Below are positions 16,836 through 26,452 of a stretch of DNA of 64,000 nucleotides, piece after piece (position 1 is the first letter of the stretch; each line of letters begins with the position of its first letter). The notes below the pieces were generated by a model. It saw only the letters and a list, made by a program, of their open reading frames with translations, made no database searches and was not told the origin of the DNA. Origin of the DNA: an uncultured Gammaproteobacteria bacterium (lineage in GTDB: Bacteria > Patescibacteriota > Patescibacteriia > Magasanikbacterales > GWA2-37-8); NCBI GenBank assembly GCA_964478235.1, contig CAYZGX010000004.1:4320-68319 (forward strand), read 5' to 3'. The translations under genes and the position numbers were made by a program.

Positions 16836-17231
16836 TTATTTATTTAAAAAAGTAATAGTAAGTTGCAAAACGGTCGCAAACGACACCCAGAGCAGATACG
16901 GGATTTGGGCGTATGCGAGAACGCGAGCGTGCGGATAAATCGCTACGATCGCCCAAATAAGCGTGCCGAGCACAAGCAAAATATCAACTGCTGCCAAAAG
17001 ATTATTTTTGAGACCAAATTGCAAAGGAGTGAAAGCAGCGTTAAACACCAAATTAAGAATAAACGGGACAGCTACAGCAAAGGCGATTTCTTTTTTCCAG
17101 GCCATTAAAAATACTTTTCCAAAAGTAACGGCAATAATACAATACAAGACCGTCCAAACCGGACCAAAAAGCCAGCTTGGTGGAGCCCATGATGGTCTGA
17201 TTAATTGTGAGTACCAGTTATATGAATTCAT
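16836..17231 (-). CDS. tspO: TspO/MBR (tryptophan-rich sensory protein) family
   Basis: RPSWAPPSWLFGPVWTVLY plus a Trp/Pro-rich 5-TM topology. Confidence 0.75.
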   Translation of the reverse strand: MNSYNWYSQLIRPSWAPPSWLFGPVWTVLYCIIAVTFGKVFLMAWKKEIAFAVAVPFILNLVFNAAFTPLQFGLKNNLLAAVDILLVLGTLIWAIVAIYPHARVLAYAQIPYLLWVSFATVLQLTITFLNK

Positions 17232-17240
17232 AGATTATTT

Positions 17241-17729
17241 TTATAGAGATTCAACACTGTCCATTTTTTTAGACTGTACCGAACCGTCTTCATTGAAAGA
17301 AAAAGCACCTTTTATTTTGGCTCCAGCAATAACTTCTGGTAGCCAGAAAATATCATCTGACCACATTTCAGCGAAAGGGATTTTTTCGACAGTGAACCAT
17401 TCTGGTTTCATCTCTTCACTTTCCAGTATAGCACCTTCCCACTCTTCGGAGAAATAGACATGGGCCAGTAAATTCCAGGTTGGATTGTGTGGGAAATAAA
17501 ACGATAGTTCAGCTACTTTTTTGAGATTTTTTGGCTGAACACCGACTTCTTCCTGCGCTTCTCGCTTGGCAGCATCTTCAATTGTTTCTCCTAGCTCTAC
17601 TTTGCCACCCACACCATTCCACTTCCCCATCCCAAATCCTCGTTTTTTCATCGCCAAACATAGCTCTCTGATAGCGCCATCGTGCCGTTTAATGAGGAAT
17701 AGGAGGGTAACTGGGCGGAGGGAAGTCAT
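17241..17729 (-). CDS. NUDIX hydrolase
   Basis: Nudix box GGKVELGETIEDAAKREAQEEVGV. The start was chosen at MTSLRP; the ORF track extends to 17819. Confidence 0.75.
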   Translation of the reverse strand: MTSLRPVTLLFLIKRHDGAIRELCLAMKKRGFGMGKWNGVGGKVELGETIEDAAKREAQEEVGVQPKNLKKVAELSFYFPHNPTWNLLAHVYFSEEWEGAILESEEMKPEWFTVEKIPFAEMWSDDIFWLPEVIAGAKIKGAFSFNEDGSVQSKKMDSVESL

Positions 17730-17836
17730 AGCTATGTAACTATAGCCCAGCGGGTGGGAATGTACAAGATAAGAAAACCCCTTACTTTGACGAATGACGC
17801 GCACCAGGCTACAATGCAATTATCAAAAATTTAAGC

Positions 17837-18304
17837 ATGTTGGCCGTGAAACGAATTTCAACCCTATTTCTCCAGACAGTCATTGTGCTCATCGGCATCG
17901 GTGTTTTTGTTTTTATGCTTTGGGAGCCTCATCTTGAAGGCAGGAACGTGAACGCCACATTTTTTGAAATCTACTTCAACGATCCTTTCTTGGTATATGC
18001 CTATACAGCGTCCATTGCTTTTTTTATAGCGCTCTACCAAGCATTCAAAGTCGTAGGGTATGCCCGAAGCACAACATTATTCTCGCCAGCGACTGTGAAG
18101 GCGGTGCGGACAATTAAACATTGCGCATTATCTCTTGCGGGTTTAGTTGCAGCGCCAGTAGCCTACTTGTTTATAGTTCGACCAGGAGATGATATTGCCG
18201 GTGGTGTGGCAATGGGCCTGATGATCATTTTTATCTCTGTTATAGTTGCCGCTGTTTCGGATGTCTGTGAAGGAATACTACAAAGCGCTGTAGATAAAAA
18301 ATAG
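17837..18304 (+). CDS. DUF2975-like membrane protein
   Basis: 155 aa with 4 TM helices. Confidence 0.45.
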   Translation: MLAVKRISTLFLQTVIVLIGIGVFVFMLWEPHLEGRNVNATFFEIYFNDPFLVYAYTASIAFFIALYQAFKVVGYARSTTLFSPATVKAVRTIKHCALSLAGLVAAPVAYLFIVRPGDDIAGGVAMGLMIIFISVIVAAVSDVCEGILQSAVDKK

Positions 18305-18345
18305 TCTGAAGAATAATTACTAAAAATAATTTAAACTAACATACT

Positions 18346-18771
18346 ATGACAACGATCAATCCGTATATAAATTTCAACGGCAACGCCGAAGAGGCGTTTA
18401 CATTTTATAAATCAGTTTTTGGCGGAGAGTTTGGAAAGATTACTCGCTTCAAAGACATGGCGAGTCCTGAGTTTCCGGTAGCAGAAAAAGAAGCCAACAA
18501 AATAATGCGCATTACTTTGCCTATCGGCCCAAATATACTGATTGCCAATGATATTCCAGAAAGTATGGGGCGAGTAAACGAAAAAGAAAATAGATCCAAA
18601 ATTGCAATTACTGCGGAAAATAAAGAGGAAGCAGATGCACTATTTAACGGGCTTTCGGCAGGCGGGGAAGTAGAAATGCCAATGGCAGAGAGTCCTTGGG
18701 GCACCTACTTTGCAATGTTTAGAGACAAGTATGGAATCGAGTGGACAGTGGAGTGTTCAAATAAAATCTAA
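18346..18771 (+). CDS. VOC/glyoxalase-superfamily protein (PhnB-like)
   Basis: MTTINPYINFNGNAEEAFTFYKSVFGGEF...MRITLPIGPNILIANDIP, a typical PhnB-type VOC domain. Confidence 0.7.
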   Translation: MTTINPYINFNGNAEEAFTFYKSVFGGEFGKITRFKDMASPEFPVAEKEANKIMRITLPIGPNILIANDIPESMGRVNEKENRSKIAITAENKEEADALFNGLSAGGEVEMPMAESPWGTYFAMFRDKYGIEWTVECSNKI

Positions 18772-18773
18772 CT

Positions 18774-19190
18774 ATGAAAAGTATTGCAAAAACCATTTCT
18801 GAATATAATAAGTTACAGGTAGTAGGCGCAAAAAAGATTTGCGCTATTTTAGAGCTGAATATAAATAAATATTTAAAGAAGAGTGAATCAAAGGTGTGGC
18901 ACGGTACGCCGGTGTGGTTTATACAAGAAAATCCAATCGTTTCATACTCTGTTCGAAAAGACGGCAGAGTATCACTTATGTTTTTTAGCGGGCAAGGTTT
19001 TAAAGACACAGCTTTAAAATCAGAAGGAACATTTAAAGCAGCCGAAATTTTTTATACAGATGTAAAAGAAATTAAAATTGCTGATTTAAAAAAGTGGCTT
19101 AAGCAGGCGCAAGATATACAGTGGGACTACAAAAATATCGTAAAGCGAAAAGGCGTTTTGAAAAAGATACCTACACAAAAGAAGGCTTAA
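18774..19190 (+). CDS. DUF1801 (YdhG-like) domain protein
   Basis: 138 aa. Stop/start is coupled to the upstream gene (TAActATG). Confidence 0.6.
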   Translation: MKSIAKTISEYNKLQVVGAKKICAILELNINKYLKKSESKVWHGTPVWFIQENPIVSYSVRKDGRVSLMFFSGQGFKDTALKSEGTFKAAEIFYTDVKEIKIADLKKWLKQAQDIQWDYKNIVKRKGVLKKIPTQKKA

Positions 19191-19225
19191 ATAAAAAGAC
19201 ACCCACAAGGGTGTCTTTTTATTGG

Positions 19226-19310
19226 CGGAGAGGGGGAGATTCGAACTCCCGAGGCCTTGCGGCCTGCAGCTTTAGCAAAGCTGGACGATAGACCACTCTG
19301 ACACCTCTCC
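19226..19310 (-). tRNA. tRNA-Ser (anticodon GCT), class II, CCA encoded (to 19223)
   Basis: Minus-strand read ggagagg tg ...cagct-ttgctaa-agctg, variable arm aggcc-gcaa-ggcct, T-arm gggag-ttcgaat-ctccc, acceptor cctctcc g CCA. The D-stem pairs poorly. A bidirectional terminator lies at 19197-19222. Confidence 0.7.
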
Positions 19311-19359
19311 GTTGGTCTAGAACGACTCAATAGTACTCAAAAATTGTCCTACCGTCAAG

Positions 19360-20943
19360 GTGTGGTATACTAGGCGGAATCCTATGAAACAGCGTATTTT
19401 GACCCTTATTGTCGCGAGTTTGGCTGTGTATGCCTTTGCTTTTTCTATCCTGTCTCGCACCTTTGACGGTGATTTTGGCTGGCACCTGCGTTTTGGCAAA
19501 GAAACTACCCTCGGCGCCCTGCCATATATAGATACCTATACCTATACCTTTTTTGGTCGGCCATGGAACAACCACGAATGGGGTGGTGATGTTCTCTTTT
19601 GGCTTATCTATGACGCCACCACAAACATTGGCCTCACTGCTTTCATAGTCCTGGGGGTCACTCTCGCTTTTCTTCTTTTCCCGGTAATTTTTTTGAAACG
19701 CTTTTCGCTCGCCACAATCCTCGCGAGTGGGATCACTCTCGCCACCGTTGATTATATTCTCTCTATGCGCCAAACAACAATGGCGCCGTTATTATTTGTT
19801 GCTCTTATTTATCTCTTGGAAGCTTTCCCTCGTCGACCTCGCTTGGCTTTTTATCTTATCCCGCTCATGTGGGCATGGTCGGCGTTTCACGGCAGTTGGA
19901 TTCTTGGCTATATGACCGTCGCCGTCTACGCCTTTGGTAACGCGCTTGAATATTTTAGTTACCGCTATATCCCCCGCTTGGCCAATGGTGTGTTTTGGCG
20001 ATCCAAAGACTATGCTCTGATTGGCGGAGTGACGCTTGCATCTATTCTCTCTATCACTATTAATCCGTATGGCTGGCATCTGCTAGCTGAGGTGGGCAGT
20101 TATTTTACCGAAAATTATTTCAAACAATACATCACCGAATGGTTGCCAAGCTACACCTATCCAGTCTATTGGTCGTTTTTTGTATTAGTGGCCGTCGTTT
20201 TAATTTTCACCGTACGTGGATGGTTGGCGAAGAAAATCACTATTCCGCAGTTAGGTGTTATTGCGATGATTATGCTCAGCGCGATTTTGTATCGCCGAAA
20301 CGCGCTGTATTTTGCTATGCTCGCGACCCCATTTATTGCTTACATCTTCGCCGCTGTGTGGGAGGGGTTTTCTCCACGACTCGCCAAGCACCAAAAAACC
20401 CTCTCTCTCGGAATACTGACGGCGGCGCTGGCGGTTACTGGTTATTTTTTCCGCATCGCTTGGTATATCCCTGATCCGTGGACCAACGACGCTTTTCTTA
20501 TGAGTCGAGGCTTCCCGGCCCCAGCTGTTCGCGCACTCGAGCGCGAAACCAAACAACTCGTTATCTTCAACGAATTTCATTGGGGTGGATTTTTAAACTG
20601 GACATTGCCCGACAGCTTAGTCTATCTCGACGGCCGAGGCACAGCCACTTGGCGACTATCCCCTTCAAGCACCCTCTACGGCGACTACCGCCGACTTCGT
20701 TTTGACCCAGGCGGCTTGGCTTTGATTGAAACGAGCCCAGCCCAGTATATTCTCCTGGAAAAACGTTTCTCAGGTTATTACAAAACACCAAACCGTCTTG
20801 ATCGGTTGGTTTTTGGATCTGATCTTGAAAAGATTGTTAATGCTTCAAGCACTCAGCTTGAAATCGACCTCGTCACGTCTACCAACTGGAGTGTGCTATT
20901 TGAAGACACTCATTCTATTGTCTACCGCCGGTCGCGAGAGTAA
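19360..20943 (+). CDS. polytopic GT-C-fold glycosyltransferase-like membrane protein
   Basis: 527 aa, at least 10 TM helices, an N-terminal DGDFGWHLRFG motif, and a C-terminal soluble domain. An alternative start is at 19384. Confidence 0.5.
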   Translation: MWYTRRNPMKQRILTLIVASLAVYAFAFSILSRTFDGDFGWHLRFGKETTLGALPYIDTYTYTFFGRPWNNHEWGGDVLFWLIYDATTNIGLTAFIVLGVTLAFLLFPVIFLKRFSLATILASGITLATVDYILSMRQTTMAPLLFVALIYLLEAFPRRPRLAFYLIPLMWAWSAFHGSWILGYMTVAVYAFGNALEYFSYRYIPRLANGVFWRSKDYALIGGVTLASILSITINPYGWHLLAEVGSYFTENYFKQYITEWLPSYTYPVYWSFFVLVAVVLIFTVRGWLAKKITIPQLGVIAMIMLSAILYRRNALYFAMLATPFIAYIFAAVWEGFSPRLAKHQKTLSLGILTAALAVTGYFFRIAWYIPDPWTNDAFLMSRGFPAPAVRALERETKQLVIFNEFHWGGFLNWTLPDSLVYLDGRGTATWRLSPSSTLYGDYRRLRFDPGGLALIETSPAQYILLEKRFSGYYKTPNRLDRLVFGSDLEKIVNASSTQLEIDLVTSTNWSVLFEDTHSIVYRRSRE

Positions 20944-21601
20944 AGCCGTGCACCACTTCTGCGCCAGCGTCTTTGAGAGCTTTGGCGCAGGCCTCCAAGG
21001 TGGCGCCGGTGGTGTAGACGTCATCAACGAGCAAGACTTCTTTAGGTACTTCCCCACCCTGCCAGACAAACGCTTCACGTACATTTTCGTACCGCTCCGT
21101 GCTAGAGAGTGTTGCTTGTTGTTTGGTGGCGCGAACCCGCACCAGGCTCACAGTGTTGAGTGGTAGCGAATATTTTTCTGCCAAACATTCGGCAATAACT
21201 GCCGACTGGTTATAATCCCGATCACGTTCACGCGCCCGAAACAACGGCACAGGAATGGCGGTTGGCCTGATATACTTTTCTCGCTCAATTGTTATTACCT
21301 TCTTCCATACCTCGCCGATAGTTTTTTGATGGTGATATTTAAATTGTTGAATCAGTCGCCCGATAATACCGTCAGAGGTATACGTATAGAGCGAATACAT
21401 GCTATCTAAACATGTTAGCGGCCGACAAGTGTCACAAGTGCGAGCACCCGGCGCGCGACATGATGCACAAAAACTCCTCTCTGTAAGGAGTTTTTCTTGT
21501 GTTCGGCAAGGGTGACACCACCACTCGCCTTCGGCCCTACACTGGAGACAGTGTGTAGGAAATAATGCTTCAATGAGCCACCCGACCACGCCGGATAGCA
21601 T
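20915..21601 (-). CDS. comFC: ComF-family protein (ComFC; phosphoribosyltransferase domain with N-terminal 4-Cys zinc finger)
   Basis: CLQCRAEGEWWCHPCR...CASCRAPGARTCDTCR plus the PRTase motif VLLVDDVYTTGATL. It is the last gene of the T4SS-like operon. Confidence 0.8.
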   Translation of the reverse strand: MLSGVVGWLIEALFPTHCLQCRAEGEWWCHPCRTQEKLLTERSFCASCRAPGARTCDTCRPLTCLDSMYSLYTYTSDGIIGRLIQQFKYHHQKTIGEVWKKVITIEREKYIRPTAIPVPLFRARERDRDYNQSAVIAECLAEKYSLPLNTVSLVRVRATKQQATLSSTERYENVREAFVWQGGEVPKEVLLVDDVYTTGATLEACAKALKDAGAEVVHGFTLATGGRQ

Positions 21602-21604
21602 AGG

Positions 21605-22195
21605 TTAGCGCGCTTTAACGGTGAAACTGTCGGCTAGCCAATTTTTTCCAGAGAGAACCATAACTACGGTAACATCTTGATAGCTTTCTAGTGTTTTTTT
21701 ACCGGTTTCTTCAGTGGTTTTGCGCACCTTTACCAAAACTTCCGCTCGCGCATCTGTCCAAGAATTCAAGGTGGTATTCATCGCCTCAGCCAAGACCGAC
21801 ATATATGTTTGGTTGAGCGGTGCTGGTTTGTTGAGTGGTTGACTAATCCGCGTCCAGAGTGTTGGCGTGACCAGATCTCGCACCTCGCGAATATTTTGGA
21901 AATTATTTTGAGTGGAGAAGCTGTTGTAACGCTCTACAAATACTTTGGCGAGTTGGCGAACACCGTTTTGGGTGTTCTCAAGCGACGAAGCTGGCTTGAT
22001 TTGCAATCCTGTTGGCACGGTTGTCGATGGCACACTTGGGGTTGTCTGGTAGACTGGCACAGGAGCGGTGGTGGTGACGCCCGGCTCAACCGCTTCTCCT
22101 CCGCGCGAACGGATAAAACGCACCAACAAAACTGCCCCGACAAAAGCGAGGACGAGGAGCGCCATTCCAATAAATATACGGTTGCGTAGAGGCAT
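21605..22195 (-). CDS. VirB8-like bitopic protein (N-terminal TM plus NTF2-like periplasmic domain), tentative
   Basis: 196 aa with a single N-terminal TM helix, a Thr/Pro-rich linker, and a C-terminal beta-rich domain (...YQDVTVVMVLSGKNWLADSFTVKAR). Confidence 0.35.
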   Translation of the reverse strand: MPLRNRIFIGMALLVLAFVGAVLLVRFIRSRGGEAVEPGVTTTAPVPVYQTTPSVPSTTVPTGLQIKPASSLENTQNGVRQLAKVFVERYNSFSTQNNFQNIREVRDLVTPTLWTRISQPLNKPAPLNQTYMSVLAEAMNTTLNSWTDARAEVLVKVRKTTEETGKKTLESYQDVTVVMVLSGKNWLADSFTVKAR

Positions 22196-22206
22196 AGACA
22201 GATAGG

Positions 22207-24081
22207 TTATTTGGCAATTTGAGCTTCAAACTCTTTTTTAGCTTTTTCAATTTCCATCAATTGCTCTGGATTGGTGGTGACGATCTGATCTTCGGTGTAG
22301 GAAGCCACCACTTTGATAGCTGCGTGCTTAAACCCAGCAAAGAAAATACCTTCACCCACTCCACTCTCGAGCAAGAGATATTTTTCACTATCGGTGAGGA
22401 GAAACACTTTTTGGATAAGATCCACCGACGCTGGCGATTGTTTCATGAGAAGCTGAAGCGCCGAGTTGGTCACAATCGCTTGGCCATATTGCGATTTCAA
22501 GAAATCGTTCACATCTTGGGTGATAGTGGTCACACCGAGATAATATTTGCGACAACGTTTGACGAGAGCAAAGATAAACCGAGCGGAGTCTTCGTGTTGC
22601 ATGAGCCACCAAGCTTCATCAATAACTAAAATGCGTTTCTTGCGTTCACTGCGCACCACATTCCAGATATAGTTGACGATAGCGTAGATAGCTAGTGGGC
22701 GAAGCTCGTCTTCCAAATCACGCACGGAGAAAATAACCAACTGGTTTTTCATGTCTACATTGGTTGGCGAGTTGAACAAGCCAGCAAAGGTACCTTCGGT
22801 AAATTTCTTGAGCTTCAAGACCAACTCTTCGGAGCCTTCCATGCCTTCCAAAACTTCTTCTAAATCTTGCATGATTGGCGGTTCAGCGGTGCGCAAGTCT
22901 GCGTCATTGGTAATATCTTTTTTAGCATAGGTTTCAATGAGCGCCCGGTCGATCAGCGAATCCTGCGCTGTGGTGAGACCGCCAAGCATAATACGGAGCA
23001 ACCCTTTGACGGTAATAACGGCGCCACGGATAACATCTTCGGTGGACACTTCCTGACCCATTGGGCGAGGCAAATCAAACGGGTTAATTTTTGCTTCTGA
23101 TGACAGCGAGATATTTACATAGGTACCGCCAACAGCATCGCAAAGATGTTTGTATTCCATTTCCGGATCAATAACGATCACTTCCACACCCATCATCATG
23201 GTACGGAGGATTTCTAATTTCACCGCATAACTTTTACCAGCACCGGACGTCGCGAAGACGACCATGTTGGCATTCTGCAGCGAGAAACGATCAAACAAGA
23301 TAAGACTATTGTTATGGCGGTTGATGCCATACAAAATACCACTATCACTCGTGAGCTCAGCCGAAATGAATGGGAACGAGGCCGCAATTGGGCTGGAGTT
23401 CATGTTGAACGAAATCAGAAGCTCGTCGTTACAGAGTGGCATAGTGGAATTAAAACCTTGCTCTGCTTGATAGAGAACTTTGCGGGTGTTGATAAGTTTG
23501 GCACCAAAAATACTTTCAATATCTTCCGAGGCTTGATCGAGCTTTTCTTTGCTTTCAGCGTATACGGTGATGTAAAAAGCAAATTGGAAAAAGTGCTCGG
23601 TCCCCTGAGTCAAACTGTCGCGCAATTGTTCAATATCGCGAAGCGCTGTTTCACGTATTGGGTCGCGCGGCGCGCCTTTGTCATGATCAGCAGTGATTTG
23701 GGCTTCGAGCGCACCCACTTTATTTTTGAGTTGTTTTAAAATAATTTCTGCTTTGACCGGATAAAAATACATGGAAATATCCATGGTGCGCGACAGGTTG
23801 ATAATTGGCGAACTCCAACCGATAGAAATATACCGAGGATACGAAACGACAAATAAGGTTCGGCAAAAGGTGGTGCCGAGCTGGATAAAATTAGACTCGA
23901 CATTAAAAGCTGCCGGCGCAATAAGATCGCGAATCGAGACGACACCTTCGCGATAAATCCGCTCTTCTTCGAGCGTCACCAACTCTTCGCTCGATTTATC
24001 CGCGAGTTTTTTCTCTTCTTTTTCCAGTTTATTTTCTTTGATGCCAGTTTCTTTGCTGACACTCGTTGGTTTAAAAGCCAT
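22207..24081 (-). CDS. VirB4/TraE/PrgJ-family T4SS ATPase, C-terminal ATPase portion
   Basis: Walker A GAGKSYAV, Walker B ILVIDEAWW. Its N-terminal region aligns to the VirB4 mid-domain. Confidence 0.85.
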   Translation of the reverse strand: MAFKPTSVSKETGIKENKLEKEEKKLADKSSEELVTLEEERIYREGVVSIRDLIAPAAFNVESNFIQLGTTFCRTLFVVSYPRYISIGWSSPIINLSRTMDISMYFYPVKAEIILKQLKNKVGALEAQITADHDKGAPRDPIRETALRDIEQLRDSLTQGTEHFFQFAFYITVYAESKEKLDQASEDIESIFGAKLINTRKVLYQAEQGFNSTMPLCNDELLISFNMNSSPIAASFPFISAELTSDSGILYGINRHNNSLILFDRFSLQNANMVVFATSGAGKSYAVKLEILRTMMMGVEVIVIDPEMEYKHLCDAVGGTYVNISLSSEAKINPFDLPRPMGQEVSTEDVIRGAVITVKGLLRIMLGGLTTAQDSLIDRALIETYAKKDITNDADLRTAEPPIMQDLEEVLEGMEGSEELVLKLKKFTEGTFAGLFNSPTNVDMKNQLVIFSVRDLEDELRPLAIYAIVNYIWNVVRSERKKRILVIDEAWWLMQHEDSARFIFALVKRCRKYYLGVTTITQDVNDFLKSQYGQAIVTNSALQLLMKQSPASVDLIQKVFLLTDSEKYLLLESGVGEGIFFAGFKHAAIKVVASYTEDQIVTTNPEQLMEIEKAKKEFEAQIAK

Positions 24082-24082
24082 A

Positions 24083-24766
24083 TTATTCTTCGGTTCGTAA
24101 TTCGTTCAAATTGCCCAACTCTTGGGATAAAGCAATATCAGTATTATACGTCGAAAAGTACAGTTCGATAAGCGACTGAGTATCGAGACGCACGGTGGTG
24201 AGCCCCATCGAGCTCAAGCCCGACTCAATTTGGCGCACTCGGCTATCTAAATCATATTTGCGCTTAGTAAATCGTTCGCCTTTGAGCTTGATCACCGAGG
24301 CTGGATTGACCACTTCGCCCATTCTGGCAAAAAATCCTTTATTTTTGTTGGAGCTTGGATCGTAGGGTACGACAACGTAAAACTGCTTGTTCATAATTTC
24401 GCCAAGCGATACGAGCTCGCTCACAAAGGCTCGATAATCGGCAATTTGCGTGCGAAGTAATTCGTTAGTTTGATTTTTTTCTTGCTCCAACAGCTTATCC
24501 ATATACGGCTTGGTCTGGAGTTTGCGCGATTGGATCAAAATCTGGAGCGGATGATCGAGTGAATTTAAAAATGAAACGTAGCCCGAAATAATCGCACTTT
24601 GTTCATCTTCGTTTTTGAGGGCGAAGTTGATACTCGACACCATAATGACCGCTCGAAGCGTACCATCTTTCATCACCACCGTGTCTTGCTTGATTTCTGA
24701 AATCAAAAGATGGTGCTGGGTGGAAGGCATTTTTGGTTTTTTTTGAACTGGCTTTGTATCTTTCAT
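24083..24766 (-). CDS. VirB4-family N-terminal domain as a separate ORF
   Basis: VVMKDGTLRAVIMVSSINFALKNEDEQSAIISGYVSFLNSLDHPLQILIQSRKL is typical of the N-terminus of Gram-positive conjugative VirB4. The stop is TAA, followed by 1 nt, then the ATG of the next ORF. Confidence 0.6.
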   Translation of the reverse strand: MKDTKPVQKKPKMPSTQHHLLISEIKQDTVVMKDGTLRAVIMVSSINFALKNEDEQSAIISGYVSFLNSLDHPLQILIQSRKLQTKPYMDKLLEQEKNQTNELLRTQIADYRAFVSELVSLGEIMNKQFYVVVPYDPSSNKNKGFFARMGEVVNPASVIKLKGERFTKRKYDLDSRVRQIESGLSSMGLTTVRLDTQSLIELYFSTYNTDIALSQELGNLNELRTEE

Positions 24767-24769
24767 ACA

Positions 24770-25201
24770 TTATTCCCCTTTATAATAACCGCCCGTATTC
24801 ACCATGAGTGATAAATCTCGGATGCGCGTATGCGAGGCGGACTTGGTCAAATCTGCTTTCTCCTCAACTTTTTCTGGCTCATTATCTTTCATAATCGCTT
24901 TGAGCTCAGCAACGGTATTAAATTTATTCCAGGCTCGGCGACTTGGACGGCGGGTAGTCTGGAGAATATTCAGCAAGAAAAAATGAAACGGTTGGCCGTT
25001 GATAGTAGCAAAGGCAAAAATCAGGGTGAGCCCGCCGATCAGGGCGAGAAGCACAATAAAGAGCGATGTATCGGCAAATTTAAATGATAAAAAACACAGC
25101 AAACCACCAACTAGGATAATCACAAATTGACGGCTCGTAATTGGCCCAAAAATTTTATCCTCCACGTCAATAAATTGTGGCACCATGAATTGGTTCATCA
25201 T
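24770..25201 (-). CDS. VirB3/PrgI/TcpE-like small membrane protein
   Basis: 143 aa with two TM helices, immediately upstream of VirB4 as in Gram-positive T4SS loci. Confidence 0.45.
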   Translation of the reverse strand: MMNQFMVPQFIDVEDKIFGPITSRQFVIILVGGLLCFLSFKFADTSLFIVLLALIGGLTLIFAFATINGQPFHFFLLNILQTTRRPSRRAWNKFNTVAELKAIMKDNEPEKVEEKADLTKSASHTRIRDLSLMVNTGGYYKGE

Positions 25202-26445
25202 AGGTAGTCGAGTTGACGCTCCATAGTTATAATCGCTTGCATTTCCAGGAATGTAATTGTTTTAGTATCGGTGAGAGCGCTAAGCGGAGTCTTGCCGGCA
25301 AGCGCATGAATCGCTGTCGTTACATATTCTCCGTAGAGCGGTGACGCTTTCCAAGCATCAAGCGCTTCGAGATATAGCAAAATTGACTCGCCTTGTAGGT
25401 TGATAAACTTTTGTTTGAGGCGAAGAGCTGCTTCTTCAGGTTTGTTTGAAAGCCGACGGAAATCGGTGAGACCAAACGAGCGAATTTCGTCGGTTGGACC
25501 AACTGCTCCAGGTTTGGCAATAATATCTTTCATTGACGATTTTGCTCGCGAGTCGGCGGCGAGTTTCATAAACGGATCTTCGGCAGCAGTAGTTTTGGTG
25601 AATGTTTCAATGACTTTCTCTTTCGTGAGCGGAGCGGCTGGGGTTGAAGCTGGTCGAGGCGACACCACCGGCATTGGGCGTGGAACAACAGGGGTAGCGA
25701 CCGGCTGAGCGGTCATTGGCTTTGGTGCTGGCTGGAAAGCCGGCTTTGACGGAGTAGCCTGAACAACCGGCTTAACTGGAGCAGGTGCCACTGGTTTTGG
25801 CGAACTCGTTGCCTCTTGGCCATGTTTGAAAGCATTAAATGGTGTGGTGGTGGCTGGTAGTTCTTTTTTGTACGGAATAAGATCTTCAAAGCCTGGAAGA
25901 TGTTTCAAAACTTCGTGAGCCTGGTCGCGAGTGAGACCAACTCCCCCATCTTGTTCAGATCGACTGAGCGCTTCTTCTACCTGATCAACACTACGAATAT
26001 CTTTGAGGCGAAGCTGAATCAAAGTGCGAAGACGGTTGAGATTATTTTTAGAAACAGTAAACGATAATTTTCCGATGATTTCATCGGCTTGAGCATCACG
26101 CGGCAAACTAATCAGTGGTGCGCCAGAGCTGGTTTTTGGAGCTGGCTCTTCGAGGAGTGAGGACATGTCAGCTTTTGGCAGAGCTGACTTGGCTAGGCGA
26201 GGTGGTGCGACTGGTGAAGTCGCTACTACCGGCTTTTGCTCAGGAGCAGGCTCAACTGGTAAATTATCCGGCACGACAACGGGTGGTTTTTCTGGAACAG
26301 AGGCAACCTGAGTCGGAACGGCTGGAACTGGAGCTGGCGAAGCCGATGCTCCAGCTTTTTTTTGACGAATCTCATCAAGGCTCATGCGCACCATAGTGCC
26401 ATCAGCTTTTTTGACAAGAATTGTTTTTCCTCCTGTGTCGGCCAT
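25198..26445 (-). CDS. hypothetical Pro/Ala/Val-rich protein
   Basis: 415 aa with low-complexity PVxP tracts. ATGA overlap with the downstream gene. Confidence 0.5.
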   Translation of the reverse strand: MADTGGKTILVKKADGTMVRMSLDEIRQKKAGASASPAPVPAVPTQVASVPEKPPVVVPDNLPVEPAPEQKPVVATSPVAPPRLAKSALPKADMSSLLEEPAPKTSSGAPLISLPRDAQADEIIGKLSFTVSKNNLNRLRTLIQLRLKDIRSVDQVEEALSRSEQDGGVGLTRDQAHEVLKHLPGFEDLIPYKKELPATTTPFNAFKHGQEATSSPKPVAPAPVKPVVQATPSKPAFQPAPKPMTAQPVATPVVPRPMPVVSPRPASTPAAPLTKEKVIETFTKTTAAEDPFMKLAADSRAKSSMKDIIAKPGAVGPTDEIRSFGLTDFRRLSNKPEEAALRLKQKFINLQGESILLYLEALDAWKASPLYGEYVTTAIHALAGKTPLSALTDTKTITFLEMQAIITMERQLDYL

Positions 26446-26452
26446 AAAAATA

